A stretch of 64,000 bases of DNA from Octopus vulgaris (GCA_951406725.2 OX597825.1:56606001-56670000), one strand, 5' to 3'; counted from the stretch's first letter, positions 12,082-26,699 are shown. Notes: generated by a model from the letters alone, not told the origin. Numbers and translations are program-made.

Positions 12082-12208
12082 TCTTTGACGTAGCCTATGG
12101 TTATATATAAGTACCCTATTTTTAAATGCCTACAACCTCAATATAATTGATAACTATAGGCACTGAAAAAAAAACTACTTTTTTCCATAGGCTGAAACAG
12201 CTGTAAGA
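12082..12208 (+). ncRNA. Degenerate hammerhead-like motif with about 100-nt stem II, in a probable Penelope-like terminus
   Basis: Decayed core ttgacgt, then agcctatgg(12092-100)...ccataggct(12185-93), then GAAA-cagctg-ta. Inner helix tgccta/taggca. Confidence 0.5.
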
Positions 12209-12385
12209 ATGATTTTAATGATTTTTATAATTGTATTCTTATCTTATATGTATTGAATTACAAGGTATATATGTATGATATTAAGGTTCTCGTTTTTGTT
12301 AGATGAATAAATAAGTCAACATTCTAATATCGAAAGCTGATGAACCAACTAAATTTTTTCTCCATTTTCTTTTTTGTATTATATA

Positions 12386-12455
<70 letters not shown>

Positions 12456-12458
<3 letters not shown>

Positions 12459-12690
12459 TTTTATTCTTTTAGTTGTTTCGGTCATTTGACTGCGGCCATG
12501 CTGGAGCATCACATTTTAGTCGAGCAAATCGACTCGAAGATTTATTCTTTGTAAGCCTAGTACTTATTCTATCGCTCCCTTTCTGCCGAACAGTTATGGT
12601 ACGGGGACGTAAACACATCAGCATCGCATGTCAAGCGATGTTGGGGGGAGACAAACACAGACACACAAATACATACACACACATATATAA
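12456..12690 (-). mobile_element. Family-A SINE, 3' half
   Basis: ttgtttcggtcatttgactgcggccatgctggagca...gacaaacacagacacac matches the family-A tail. Confidence 0.85.
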
Positions 12691-12812
12691 GTCTCAAGAT
12701 TAAAAATAAACTGATTCTTTCAACTAAGACACTCCAAGGCGGTGTCCTAACATTACCACAGTTAGTTGACGGAAACAAGTAAAATATATCTTTCTATGTG
12801 TCTATCTGTCTT

Positions 12813-12844
<32 letters not shown>

Positions 12845-12924
12845 CATTTACACACACACGCGCGCACACACGCACACACACACACACACATATATATACA
12901 TACATACATATATATATATTTATA

Positions 12925-12984
<60 letters not shown>

Positions 12985-12986
<2 letters not shown>

Positions 12987-13187
12987 CGCAGGAGTGGCTT
13001 ACCAAACATATGGTTCCGGGTTCAGTCCCACTGCGCGTCACCTTGGGCAAGTGTCTTCTACAATAGCCTCGGGCCGACTAAAGCCTTGTGAGTGGATTTA
13101 GTAGAGGCTATTGTAGAAGACACTTGCCCAAGGTGCCACGCAGTGGGACTGAACCCGGAAACATATGTTTGGTAAGCCACACCTGCG

Positions 13188-13189
<2 letters not shown>
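12985..13189. repeat. Inverted duplication of a family-A SINE 5' part (arms 12985-13070 and 13104-13189)
   Basis: The arms are near-perfect reverse complements and share the same internal deletion (gtggct|taccaaacata). Confidence 0.9.
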
Positions 13190-13242
<53 letters not shown>

Positions 13243-13287
13243 ATGTATGTATGTATGTATATAAATATATATATATATGTATGTATG

Positions 13288-13318
<31 letters not shown>

Positions 13319-13497
13319 ATGTACATATATTTATATGTACATTTGTATTTGCATATTTATTCGAATGGTTTCTTTCAGTTCCCGTTTTGGTTTGCTTGTG
13401 TCTATAGCAGAAGATACTTACCGATGTTAACACGCAGTAGGGCTGAACCCGGATACATGACGCTGGGAAACAAATTTCTTACCACAAAGCTCTGCCT

Positions 13498-13592
<95 letters not shown>

Positions 13593-13667
13593 TGTGTGTG
13601 TTCTAGGTTGCAGGAAGGGGTGAACGATCGGGCGAAACACATTACCTTATTTAGTTACTGCCCAAAA

Positions 13668-14065
13668 GGCGGCGAGCTGGCAGAAACGTTAGCACATCGA
13701 GTGAAATGCGGAGCCGTATTTCGTCTGCCGTTACGTTCTGAGTTCAAATTCCGCCGAGGTCGACTTTGCCTTTCATCTTTTCGGGGTCGATGAATTAAGT
13801 ACCAGTTACGCACTGGGGTCAATATAATCGACTTAATTTGTTTGTCCTTGTTTGTCTCCTCTGTGTTTAACCCCTTGTGGGTAGTAAAGAAATAGGTATT
13901 TCACCTGAGGATACCTTCTGAGTCCTTTTTCCATCGAGGTCGACTTTACCTTTCATCCTTTCGAAGTCGGTAAAATAAGTACCAGTTGAACACTAGGGTC
14001 GATGTAATTGACTCATCCCCTCCACTGAAATTGCTGCCCTTGTGGGAAAAACTTGTAACCATTAT
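13668..14065 (+). mobile_element. Family-B SINE, dimeric form
   Basis: ggcggcgagctggcagaaacgttagc...aaagaaatag is followed by a second core gtcgactttacctttcatcctttcg...aagtaccagttg. Confidence 0.9.
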
Positions 14066-15211
14066 TTAGTTACTGACCGTAACGTCCTGAGTTCAAATCC
14101 TGCCGAAGTGAACTTTTGTTTTTAGATTCTCAGTATCGATAAAAGATAAAGTATCAGTCATGTGCACGTTTCAAAATAATCGACCATTCCCTTTCCTTCG
14201 AAGTTGAAACCGTGTACCTGTTATAAATCATTATTTGTAGATACAAGAAACAAATAGCATACCCTAGCACCATCTCAATCACCAAAACGACAGAAAACAT
14301 ATTCTTATTATTTAATATAAATTTTTTTTTTTTAAAAAGAAGACGCAGCGAAACAGAAATATATGATTTTATTACAAAATATACAGAAAAAAAAGTAGAA
14401 AGTATTTCATATTTAGAAAGAAAAAAAAACAACAGAAAATACCAGAAATATATACTTTATTATTTAAAACAAAAAATGGGAACAAAACAGAAATAAAAGT
14501 AAACAACAAATGAAGTTGGGATATTTAACATAAGATTTGATGAGAATTAATAACTGTTCGATGGAAAGAAATTTAGCGCCAAGATCGAATCTAAATACAA
14601 TAGCCTCGCTCAACTTAACCAATCAAATCAAATCAAATAGCAGTTTTTTTGTTCCGGGATCATAATTTTTTTTTACTTCTTTTTGTTATTATGAATTATT
14701 GCTGTTGTTATTGTTATTATTATCGTTGAAGTTTTGTTGTTGTGGTTGTTTTTACTGTTATAGGGTATTATTAATTTTACTGTTTTGTTTTGTTGTTATG
14801 ACGGTTTTCTCAAGACTGATTATTATTAATATTGTTCCCTGTGTCTGTGTGTACGTGTGTGAGTGTATGTGAGTGTGTGGCTACCCTTGTGCGGATGTGC
14901 CTCTTTGTGTGAGCCTCTGTGTATGTATTGTTGTGTTTGTGTCTCTGAGTGCCTATCTGTATGTGTACCACTTGTGCCACTGTAATTGTATAGCTGTGTG
15001 TATGTATGTATGTATGTATGTATGTATGTATGTATGTATGTATGTATGTATGTGTGTGTGTGTTTATATGCTTTCGTGTTCCTATATCATGTGTGCGCTT
15101 ATGTGTATAGTGTTTCTTGTAATGTGTGTATTTATGTGTGTGTCTATGTCTGTGTGTATGTTTGTATAACTTTATGCTCATATTTTTCCATGTAAATATT
15201 TTGTATGTGTA

Positions 15212-15262
<51 letters not shown>

Positions 15263-16109
15263 GTGTAGTTGAATTTGTGCTTATAGTTCTCTGTGTATAC
15301 ATGTATATATGTTTGTTTGTCTCTCTCTATATGTATATTTATGTATATGTTTTTCTGTCTGTTTGTGTGCATCTATGAGTCAGTGTCTATGTGAGGTTGT
15401 TGCTGCTGCTACAGCTGTTGTTGTTATTGTTATTGTTGTTGTTGTTATGTTGTTGTTCCCATTATATTCCTCCCTGTTGAGTAATTGGTATGTTTATTAG
15501 CAGTCATACACATGTGAGCAATTAATATTGTTACCAATTGTTCTTTATCAATTTATATATCTTAACTTTTTCTCTATTACCATTCTCTATAACAAAACAA
15601 TACATTGTTTGTTCGTCTATTAGTTTATTTCCCTTGCAACTCCCAACCCCACAAACCCATCAACCCCTCCTAAATTGTTTCTGTCTATTGTTTTTGTTTT
15701 TGTTTTATTTTTTGATTTTCTTTGCTTTTGTTTCTTTTTCGGGGCGAATTTTGGTTGGCCCTGGGAATTCGAATTCTATTCATTCACCGTAGCAATATTT
15801 CTTCACGCTCTCCTAAACATTGTTTATTTGGCACAGAGATTCCAGAGTGGAAATTAGAAAAAAAAATCCAGGAAAAAGAAACGAAAATAAAAGCGAAAAT
15901 AAATTTCATGTGATTTGAATGGAATAACAATTTTTAAAGTTTCGGTGAAGAACGCTTTCGAGTAAAAGAACCAAGAGCTCCAAACCAACTGAATCTTGAG
16001 ATCTGGTTTCTTTCCATAGATTTAGAGCTATTTCACTTCACTAGCGTCTTAAATTTCTTTAAGGAATGCGTAAATGCTACATTATCTCATGAATTGGATA
16101 CATTTTTGT

Positions 16110-16517
16110 TAAATTTATTGGTTTCAAACTTTGGCACAAAACCAGTAATTTCGGGAAGAGGTAAGTTAATTATATTGACACCAGTGTTCAACTGGTACTT
16201 ATTTTATCGACCTCACGAAGAGATGAAAGGTGAAATCGACCTCGATGGAATTTTAACTTAGAACGCAGCAACAGACGAAATACCTATTTCTTTACTACCC
16301 ACAAGGGGCTACACACAGAGAGGACAAACAAGGGCAGACAAACGGATTAAGCCGATTGTATCGACCCTAGTGCGTAACTGGTACTTATTTAATCGAACCC
16401 GAAAGGATGAAAGACAAGTCGACCTCGGCGGAATTTGAACTCAGAACGTAGCGACAGACGAAACACCGCTAAGCATTTCGCCTGACGTGCTAACTTTTCT
16501 GCCAGCTCACTGCCTTC
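16110..16517 (-). mobile_element. Family-B SINE, dimeric form
   Basis: Reverse complement of the 13668 and 37665 dimer architecture. Confidence 0.88.
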
Positions 16518-16557
16518 CTTTTGGTAAATTTATTATTATTATATATAAAGAATACAT

Positions 16558-16780
16558 GTGGCGAGCTAGCAGATTCGTTAGCGATGAGAGGGGGAAATGC
16601 TTAGCAATATTTCTTCCGATTATACGTCTTGAATTCATTTTCCGCCAAGGTCGAGTTTGCCTTTTATCCCTTTTGGGGTCGATAAAATAAGTGCCAGTTG
16701 AGTACTAAGGTCGATATAATTGACTAGCTCTCTTCCCCAAACTTCAGAACTTGTGCCTATATTAGAAAGAATTATATTTA
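16558..16780 (+). mobile_element. Family-B SINE, older monomer
   Basis: gtggcgagctagcagattcgttagc...gcc.tttatccc.tttggggtcgataaaataagtgccagttgag. Confidence 0.8.
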
Positions 16781-19552
16781 ACCAATGAATAAATAGTTAA
16801 GAAGTTCGCTTCGCAAAATCGATATTGGCAGGAATTGGACTTAGAACGTGGAGAGACCGAATTAATTAAAGTGTTTTAGTCCGATACTTCTATCGGTTTT
16901 GTACGACTTCAGAACACTTTACATTAAACAATATTATGCTCCAATTATGATCTTGTCACGTGGCTGCTGTGGGATGTAGGAGTATATGAGCGTTTCAATA
17001 GTTTATCGTCCCAGCGTGAATGAAGGACTAAGTTGATCTCTGAAGGACAGGAATTCAGGATCAAAAGACACTAACTTAATATCATAAAATATGGAATCCC
17101 GTAGTCTACAGTTCCTACCATTTCACTCATCTTTCTGTTGTTGGATATCGATTAAACTGAGAAACAGTGTATTACTGGTATTTATTTTATCGCTCGCGGA
17201 GATTTGGACTCAATGACAACCCAACAATAACGGTTCTAATTTAGATACAAGACTAAAAGAGTTGAGGGAAGGGCATTAATCGATACCGTTGGCCCCAGTT
17301 TTTGTCTGGTACTTTATTTTATCGATTGTGGAAGTTGGCCTCCGCGAAATTTGAACTCAGAATGTGAAGAGTCAGAAGATATATTGCAAAACATATTTTA
17401 CAATGTTACCCTCAATACAACAATTATTTTATTATATCGGCATAGGGTTACAGATTCAAGAAAAGAATGCGTCCCCACATATTAGGAGTACATATTCTAT
17501 TAATCTGTCTTTGAGATTGAGAAAAAGTTAAAGTCAACTCCTGGTAAATTGCAGTAGATCAATGTTGAGTTCTTATTGTGGTAAACTGTACATTATGGTA
17601 AACTGTACAAGTGATTTAAAAACCTCTAGTATTCGACCTAAGACTTTGTTCTTTAGTCTTTAGTCGATTTGGTGCTGCGCATTACACAAGTCCGTCCATG
17701 CCTAGCATATCTGTCTCCGACCTTCGAAGGATTTGTTTGGTTTCTTTGAATGGATTTTGCAGCAAGTTAGCTTTTTATGAGATGTTGCTAACTTCTAAGT
17801 CAGCCCTGTTGTTTTACCAGGGCTTAGGACCAGATGTCACCCTGCTTTGAATGACAAATAACCATATAAGGATCAGAGAAAGACAGGCAGAGAGTGAGAG
17901 AAACAGCGGAATCTGTCTCAGTGCTTGACTGGAACTATATTTTACTGGCCTCCACCACCGCACCCAATGTAAATAGAAATATCAAAATCGGTAAAATATA
18001 AAGAAATCAGAACATGAAAATGAAATGAAATAAAACTAAAACAAATGTCTGCCATTATGATGTTGACAAGACATTCGTTACAGTTTAAGTTGAATTTTGG
18101 TTGGCTGCCATATTGAATTGTTCATGTCAAACCTAAAACACCTTGTTCTCTTCTATCACTAATTAAACCATACTAGAATTCTTAATCTCTGCTTCCAACA
18201 GAGACCACAATCCTTCCGCCGCCACAACCCTCTCCCTGATAGGATCTTGAATTAAACGACAAGTCAAATTTCCGTTTAGGATTCCATCAGCGATAAAGCC
18301 TTCTCTCTGTCTCTTAACATTTCTCTCTCTCCCTCTCTCTCCCCTCTTTCTCTCTCATTCCCTCACTCTGTCACTCACTTGTTTACTCAGATTTTCTCCG
18401 CTTCTCACCTCTCTCTCTCTTTCTCTTTCTCTCCCTCTCCCTCTCTCTCTCCTCCTCCCTGTCACTCACGGCTAATCTTCCCTTCTTCCTAACTCGCACT
18501 GCGCTTGCCTATTTCTATATTCTCTCCCTCCCTCTCTTTCTATCTCGCGCTCTTTTCTCATTTTCATTTGCCCTTTACTTGTATCTCCTTCCTCTTCTAC
18601 GCATTTTTGTTTTCTCTCTTTCTCTTCTCCATCTCGTCCTCTTTCTCCTTTTCCTTCTCTTTCTAGAGACATTTACTAACATTAAATTAAAAATAATTAT
18701 TGATTTCTTGTTTAAGAACAGGGAACAGGGCACGTACCGAGTTTTCTTTCTATTCCCCCCACCCTGTTTTTCGTGGGGGTAGACGGGTGTGTCATGTTTA
18801 TTTCATTTTCAGATGTATAGCAGCAATATAGTTGATTGGATTCACTCAGGTGTACACCTGGTATTTTACAAAGCTTAAAACACCGGAAGTAATATTCAAC
18901 ACTAGCATGAAATGAACTCAAGAGGTAGAAGACCGAGACTACACACTGAATAGAAAGTCATTTCGCCCGCCGTTTTACAGTTTCTTGTTAATTTGTATAA
19001 ATTACACACAAAATCGATTGTTTTAAACCAGAGGAATAGATAGTTTAATTTACACCATTACATTACAAGTATTTCAAAAACTTGTAAGCAAGTAGATTGG
19101 TGGTTAAGGTGTTTCACTATGATCGTAATCTTGTGCTTTCGATTCTTCGAACGGGTGGTGCGTTGTGTTCTTAATCAAAAGACTTCATTCACAGTCGCTT
19201 CGCTTTCAGTTCGACAACTGCTGTATGGGACACCATTCAACTATACGGGCAATGTCGATTTTGAAAGAAAGTTGGGGTACAAAGGTTTGTACAGCACAAA
19301 AGTTTGAACCTGTAAGCAAATCACGTGCTGATAATTGATGAAGACGTTGCGAAATCTCAGCTGACGTTTACAACTGGAGACTATACAGTTAAAAAGCAAT
19401 GATGCATCCCTCACAAATAAAATAAAATAAAGCACATGGCTCTGTAGTTACAAGGTTTGCTTTACAACTATGTGAGCATGAATTCAACCCCACTATTCAT
19501 CCCTTATATACATACATACATACATACATACATACATACATACATACATACA

Positions 19553-19587
<35 letters not shown>

Positions 19588-21868
19588 CTCTGTATCTTTC
19601 CGGGGGTATGGCAAGGTGCCGAGTTTTGATGCCACGCAAATGGCCTTCCAGCAGCGAACATATCTAGCTAGGGTTTGACCACAGTCTCCATCATCCGCAC
19701 ATAATTATTTGAATTGAGCCTAAAGCCTTGTTAAAACACGTATGGTTAAACTCCGGCGTGAGGGCACAGTCAGAACGTCTGCTGTGTCCCTTCCTGCTAG
19801 CCAAGAAATCGTCGTCTCTGTTGCAGATGTAGATGTTACGTCTTACAGTTTTACAGCGTTCACAGACCTTTAACTAGCTGTCATGGTGTAAGCAGTTTCA
19901 TACCCGGAGTGTGTCATCATGATACAAGTAACTGTCCTCCAATATTCAGACGGTTTCCTGCCCTATTAACTTTTTCTCAGCTACAACTTTAACCTTTAAG
20001 CTCTTTAACGCCGTTGACAGTTCACCAATACATCGATCTGTTCCTGAATACAAAAAAGGCATAAGAATCATCACATTTAGCTCGAACACACTGTAAGTAC
20101 AAAACTTTAAAATGCAAGTACTGCTGTCGATTTGTTCGCCTAAACTCTTCAAAGCTGCTGTCAAATGGCTAAGACAAGTAAAATGATAAAATAATTTTTT
20201 TATTCGAATATTATCCCTAATTTTGTTTTAATTATGTGTTCTTTAGCATTCGTATTTAGCTGCTATTTCAATTTATTGGGATCTCATCAGTACGGGGTAG
20301 TCAGGATATAGGGCCTATTAAAACATTACATTATATTGAATTAAATTATTACTTAAATGGAAGAGAAAGAAGGATAGAGTAGACATTGAAAGCATTTCGT
20401 TTGGAGGAAGCCATTATCTTTTCTAGTTCCTCAGTATTGTAAAAGAGAGGAGAGAAAAAGCAGTAAACTTAATTCAAGATTTACATACAATTCGAAACGT
20501 TATTCAGAGCAATCCAATTTATCTCTTCCCTGCGAATATTACTAATGCAGTTCTTCATTTCTTCCTTTCGGGATTTATTTCTTTATTTATCTGTAATTCC
20601 AACGGCAGCTCTATCGTCAGCATTCATCAATTGTTAGAAGATATTTAATGTCAGCCACACATCCATGGGCGAAACTCGGAGTAGACTATTAACTGTTGAT
20701 GTTTCATGCATACATACATATATGCATACAGATAACGACATACACATACACATTCATACATAAACCCTCTCACACGTTAGTAGTAACGAACGAAAGAAAA
20801 AGTAATTAATTCCGTAAAATAGTGTATGAATAATTTACTTCGGCCAGCTGAAACCAACATTGGCCAATACTTAGTACGAAAACCGCGCGATGTTTATCTC
20901 TGCTGTGTTGCAATACAGTTCATGACAAAATAAATACTATTACAAGGCGATGGGTGAAAATTTTCGTATCATTACTCAACACAAGGTAACAGATGAAAGC
21001 TTTCTTCCCATAAGCTAGCACAAGTCACGTTTTGATCTTGCATTAAGAGAAGCATTAATTGGCATTAAAATGGAAAGATTCTTAAGATTTAGGACACGGA
21101 AAGTGACTCTCAGGGAACTAAATTTAGAAGAGAAGAAACTGAAAGCACCTACGTCTCAAAGGAAAAAAAATATGGGATTACGTGGGATTACAAGAACGGA
21201 GTTAGAAAGCTAATACAGGATTAACTGGAATTGTGGTTGAAATTATCTTTCTGATCCTTAATCCTTAACTGCAGTTTGCGTTAAGACGTTCAATTCGATC
21301 ATCTAATATGTTAACTGTATAACTAAATTCTTCGCTTCATCCGTTTACTATACTGTATTTTTTGCAAGTATGTTATATTATCATTATCTAATAGTAATCT
21401 ATTTGTTCAAATGCCTGTTAAGATCAAACATATTTTTAGTTTTGCCTGCTTGCACTAATAGATTCAGGAGATTTTGAAAGGTCTCTAGATACTGTTGTGC
21501 ATCACTTTGAAAGTTATAGATGCAATTAGTAAATTTGCTATTTGTAATAAGACTACCATTTCCTTTTCTCTGTTTTCTCTTTCCCACTCTTTTCTCAAAA
21601 CTCCCTACATATTCCTCCTGTAACTCTTCACCAATTTATCCTCCGCCTACTATGCACAGTTGTCTTCGTTAAAATATGAGCAGATCTACTAACAGGAAGG
21701 TTATGAATGTTCAAAAGCGTCGTTAAAATCCAATACATAGAACTTCCAGTGGTTTAACTGGATACAGGCTCAGCACTTCCTTAATGCTTAAAATTCTACT
21801 GGATCCCATTTTATTCTTTTCACACTCATACCAAGAATACAAGATGTGTGTGTATGCGTGTGTGTGTC

Positions 21869-21945
<77 letters not shown>

Positions 21946-22124
21946 GTGTATGAGTGCTCGCGAAGAAAACATGTCACTGATCTTGCAACAAGCAAAGTAG
22001 CCAGTTAGAAAATCTCTATATGAGATCAAAGTAGTAACTACACTTATAAGTGATACTTATCGCCACTTCAGTATGGCTATTCCTTAGAAACCGACGCTAC
22101 TGCCGTTTTTAACCCTATATATAA

Positions 22125-22471
<347 letters not shown>

Positions 22472-23220
22472 CGATCCAAGTGATAGATATTTCGCTAGGT
22501 TAATAGTATAACGCGACATCAAATTCAGTACAGAATCTATGGTTTTGAATCCAGCTGAAAAAGACTCTATATTTTACAAAATATAACCTTTGTACTCCAG
22601 CCTACGATGACTACGAGTGCATGCTGTCTTGAAATGGCCTATCTAACAACTGGAATTGGCTGATCATTTATGAATATCAACATTAATGGCGAGTATATCT
22701 CCTACACAATGCACAACGCCAGGCTGGCTGAGCCAGGGCAGCATGCCACTGGATACACGGTAAAGAGGTGAACATGTAGAACATCCCATGAGAGTATTGT
22801 ATTTTGTATATACACCAGCTAGATGATATAGAGTGTACCCTACACCCTGAATAATTAGAAGCTATAAATAAAATATGGACTATGAACACAGGCGATAGTA
22901 ACTGGCATTGTTAGCACATGCAATGATTCTTTCTAGCATTGTAATGTTCTTGCATTAATTCTGCGATCAATCTTAAGAATCTTATATACCAAACTTGAAT
23001 CAATCCTTCATCATTCTTGCGTCCAATGCTACGAGCGGATTAAGAAATGTGAGTATGTTTACGAACAATGGATAGGGTAATATAATTACATTAAGATCCC
23101 TACTTGGGCAGACACCGTAATCAATCTGCATTGACACTGTAATTAATCTAAGTCTTTCCAGGTCGACTTTCTGCTCGGTACTCGGTAAAAGGTTAATTTT
23201 TCTTTTATTAACCAGAAATA

Positions 23221-23305
23221 TAGAGCGAATGTAACTTCGAAGTTTCACCAGCAACGACCTGTTAGGTTATATGAGCAGCCGTTGCTGATGAAACTTCGAA
23301 CTCTA
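23221..23305. other. Isolated near-perfect hairpin of pre-miRNA-like size
   Basis: ttcgaagtttcaccagcaacg (23236-56) pairs with cgttgctgatgaaacttcgaa (23280-300) with one mismatch. Inner ctgtt/agcag and outer tagag/ctcta extend it. Confidence 0.6.
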
Positions 23306-23396
23306 ACAGCAGATTGATTGCAAATACATACACACACGCATACACACACATACAATATATATATATCAAAATAAGCAACAAGGATGTCCAGAGGTA

Positions 23397-23485
23397 ATGC
23401 AGTACGATCGTTTCATGCGACTCCATTTAATTGAACAATGCAAACATTACATCAATTTAAAATGTAGAGCAATCTTCAGCTACAT
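23397..23485 (-). ncRNA. Type I hammerhead with canonical core and long (about 58-nt) stem II
   Basis: Minus strand reads atgtag-CTGAAGA-ttgc...(ttaaattga/tcaattaa)...gcat-GAAA-cgatcg-ta-ctgcat. Confidence 0.7.
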
Positions 23486-23624
23486 AAGAATATAGAATTT
23501 AGTTAAATTCGAAGGATTCATTTGTATGATTTTCTTTTTATCCAAAATCTGAAAGAGGATAAGTAGATAGACAAAGAACATGTTTTATCAACAACATCAC
23601 AGTTGCATATATATATATATATAA

Positions 23625-23995
23625 CTTATACTAGTTTCAGTCATTAGACTATGGCCGTGCTGGAGCACTGCCATGAAGAATTTTTTAGTCGAATGAGTTG
23701 ATCACAGTATTTATTTTTGCTAAGCCTCGTACTTATTGTATCGGTTTCTTTTGCTGGACCGCCAATTTACGGGGACGTAAACACACCAATACCGGTTGCC
23801 AAGCGGTAGTGGGGAACAAACACGGACACCTATACACACTTCTTTGAGTTTCCGTCTACGAAATCCCCTCACAAGGTTTTGGTCGGTCCAAGGCTATACT
23901 AAAAGACAATTGACCAAGTTGCCACGCAATGGGACTAAACCCGGAACCATGTGGTTGAGAAACAAGCTCCTTACCACACGACTACGCCTGCGCCT
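23625..23995 (-). mobile_element. Family-A SINE, near full length and diverged
   Basis: gtttcagtcattagactatggccgtgctggagcac...gggactaaacccggaaccatgtggtt...cttaccacacgactacgcctgcgcc. Confidence 0.85.
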
Positions 23996-24003
23996 ATATA
24001 TAT

Positions 24004-24081
<78 letters not shown>

Positions 24082-26699
24082 GGATGGATAGATATGTATG
24101 TAGGTATATATATATTTTTAATATGCATATATATATATATGTGCACATACATTATATGTGTGTTTATGTATAACTGTTTGTGTGTGAATGTATGTGAAAG
24201 TGTGTGTGTGTGTGTGTATTTTCAGCTCATTAGAATGGGCTACCTTGTCCATTATTCCAACTTATGCCCTCCTAAGACTCGTTACATGGTATAAGCGCCA
24301 ATATTCCTCACTGCGAATTATTTAGATTCAAGAAATATTTCTTTCTTTTTGTAAAAGTTAGGCATTATTCGTTCGTTTCGTTCTCACGTGGTGATAGAGT
24401 TTTCTCCTACAAATGATTTTATGCTTTCACTTTCAAACACTTTCAGGAATATTTTCCCTTCTCTTTCTCTCTCCCTCCCCTCTCACTCACTTTACCTATC
24501 TATCTATCTCTTTATATATATGTATCTCTCTCTCTCTCTCATTCTCTTTTAATAGAGGAATTGATTATTTGTTTTTGTGAGGTGTTTTTTTTTTCTTCTT
24601 GAGAGAAAAGAATCATTTTTTCATTCATTTATTTCTCCTCCTACTCTTCCCCCAAATCAATAATGTCAAGTGTGTGAAAACATTAATTATGAATTGATCT
24701 TTGGCAAATATATCTGAACAGCTGAAAAGTGAGTGCATTTTCAGATTTTTTTAATTTTTTTTTTTTCTAGTCTTTTTCTTCTTCCTTAAAAATTATTTTT
24801 CTCGTGTCTTCATTTCTCGCACGTTTTTTCTGTGTTTGTTCTTTGTTGTTTCTCATGCTATTTCTACATTTGTTTTTGTTGTTCTTCTTACTGATGATGG
24901 TGATGATGATGTTATTGCTGCTAATGTTCTTATTATACTTGTTATGTGCATGAATTTTTCTTTTCTCTCTCTCTCTCTCTCTCTTTCTCTCCCCCCTCTC
25001 TCTCTCTCTCCCTTTCTTCATTTATATAACGTGTTCATTTTTATGGAACAGACTTTTAATGAAAGGAAAAGTAAATGTTTAAGAGAAGTAAGCCAAGTCT
25101 GCAGAACAGAGATATGTCAGAGCAAACTTTATTTTGTCATGCATTTGGGAAGAAACAGTGGTGAGTTAAGACGTTCAATAATCACGTAGTTAGAGAGAGA
25201 AAGGGGGAGAGAGGGAGAGAGAGAGCGAAAGAGCGAGAGGGTGAAAGAACAAATACATATACACACAGGAGTAAATAAACAATAAATAAAACCATCTACC
25301 AATTCTTTAATGGTTTCTGCTTCCAAAAATACTGCCAACTCTTATCAGCTCCTCGTGATTACAGAACTACTCGATCTGGGCAGACTTCGTGCTAGACACT
25401 AACATGATTTTAATAAATCAAGAATTCATGTTGTATGATATTTGATATGATTGTAATAGTCTGTGTTGTTCATATACTTGCCGCTGACCACTCTGAGTTA
25501 TTTATCTTGGCCCATTTTTGTTTGATTTATATAAAACAAGCTTAGTAGCTGGAGAGGGAGCACCTAGAAGTCACTCAATCAAAAATATAACTGTTTCTAA
25601 TTCAGAAACATTAAGCGATTATGTCAACCCCAGTATTTGAGTGGTACTTTCATTAATGGTAAAGTTAATCTCTACGGAATTAGATCTCAGAACGTAAAGA
25701 GTCAGAACAAATTTGTAAGGCATTCTATCCGACGTCCCGAGGATTCTGTCAATACATTCACGTTGTCTGTTGGAAATAACAAGCAAAATTTCGCCCAATT
25801 CACATTTTATTGTCTTAAAAGAGGGATGCCACTGTGGATAAGGTAGTGCTAAACACACCATGCCGAGGAAAACGCCAGGATGTTCCCGACAGAAATGCTA
25901 AAATCGAGATCTCTTAGATTTTGGGCTACGGCTAAACAGTAACAACCGGTTTCTCTTCCCTCAGCCCACCTTACTGCATCACACACACACACACATAGAT
26001 CTCAGAACTGGGTACATTAAACTTCCTGTTTCTAAGCATAATTTAATTCTTAAGTACACTATATTTTTGTACATGGACCTTTGCGGTGACTTGTGAAAAG
26101 AATCTTTTGTAGAATAAATACGTCACTAACAACTTCTTCGATAAATTTGCTGGTATTTAGGGTGATTTTATTAATATATATTAATTAGTAATAGCGTCTG
26201 AACAAATTCGACTAAGTTAACAGAACTCCCATTCGACTACCATAAATATGCCAATCGCATTTCAAATCCAGATAATGTAACCACGAAATCTAGAAACGTT
26301 GACTATGGATTGAGGAACATTCATATTTCAAAGGATAACATATGGAAAAATATGACCCAAAAGTCTTAATAAAAGGTAAAAATGGCATCAACGTTGTCTT
26401 AGGGAAATACTGCGCAGATACAACTCAGCACCGATGTCGTCTTAGATGTTGCTGCTTGAACGCAAAGGTCTGGAAAGATTCCGCAGAAAATCATGGCCAA
26501 ACCTTGAATAAATCTGACAATCCACTGCCCTGGATTGGTACTTTATTTCATCAACCACAAAATGGTGAAAGATGAAGATGGCCTCGTTGAAATTTGAACT
26601 CTGCGCTAAATCCGCAAATCATTCTAGCCGATGGTCTCATACGTACATATAACAATGTAAAAGCATGCATGTATACCAGGTAGATAGATATATAGATAG

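Noticed and set aside
19590-20700. Possible RTE-type LINE fragments on the minus strand
   Set aside because: Only faint motif resemblance, which cannot be supported without an alignment.
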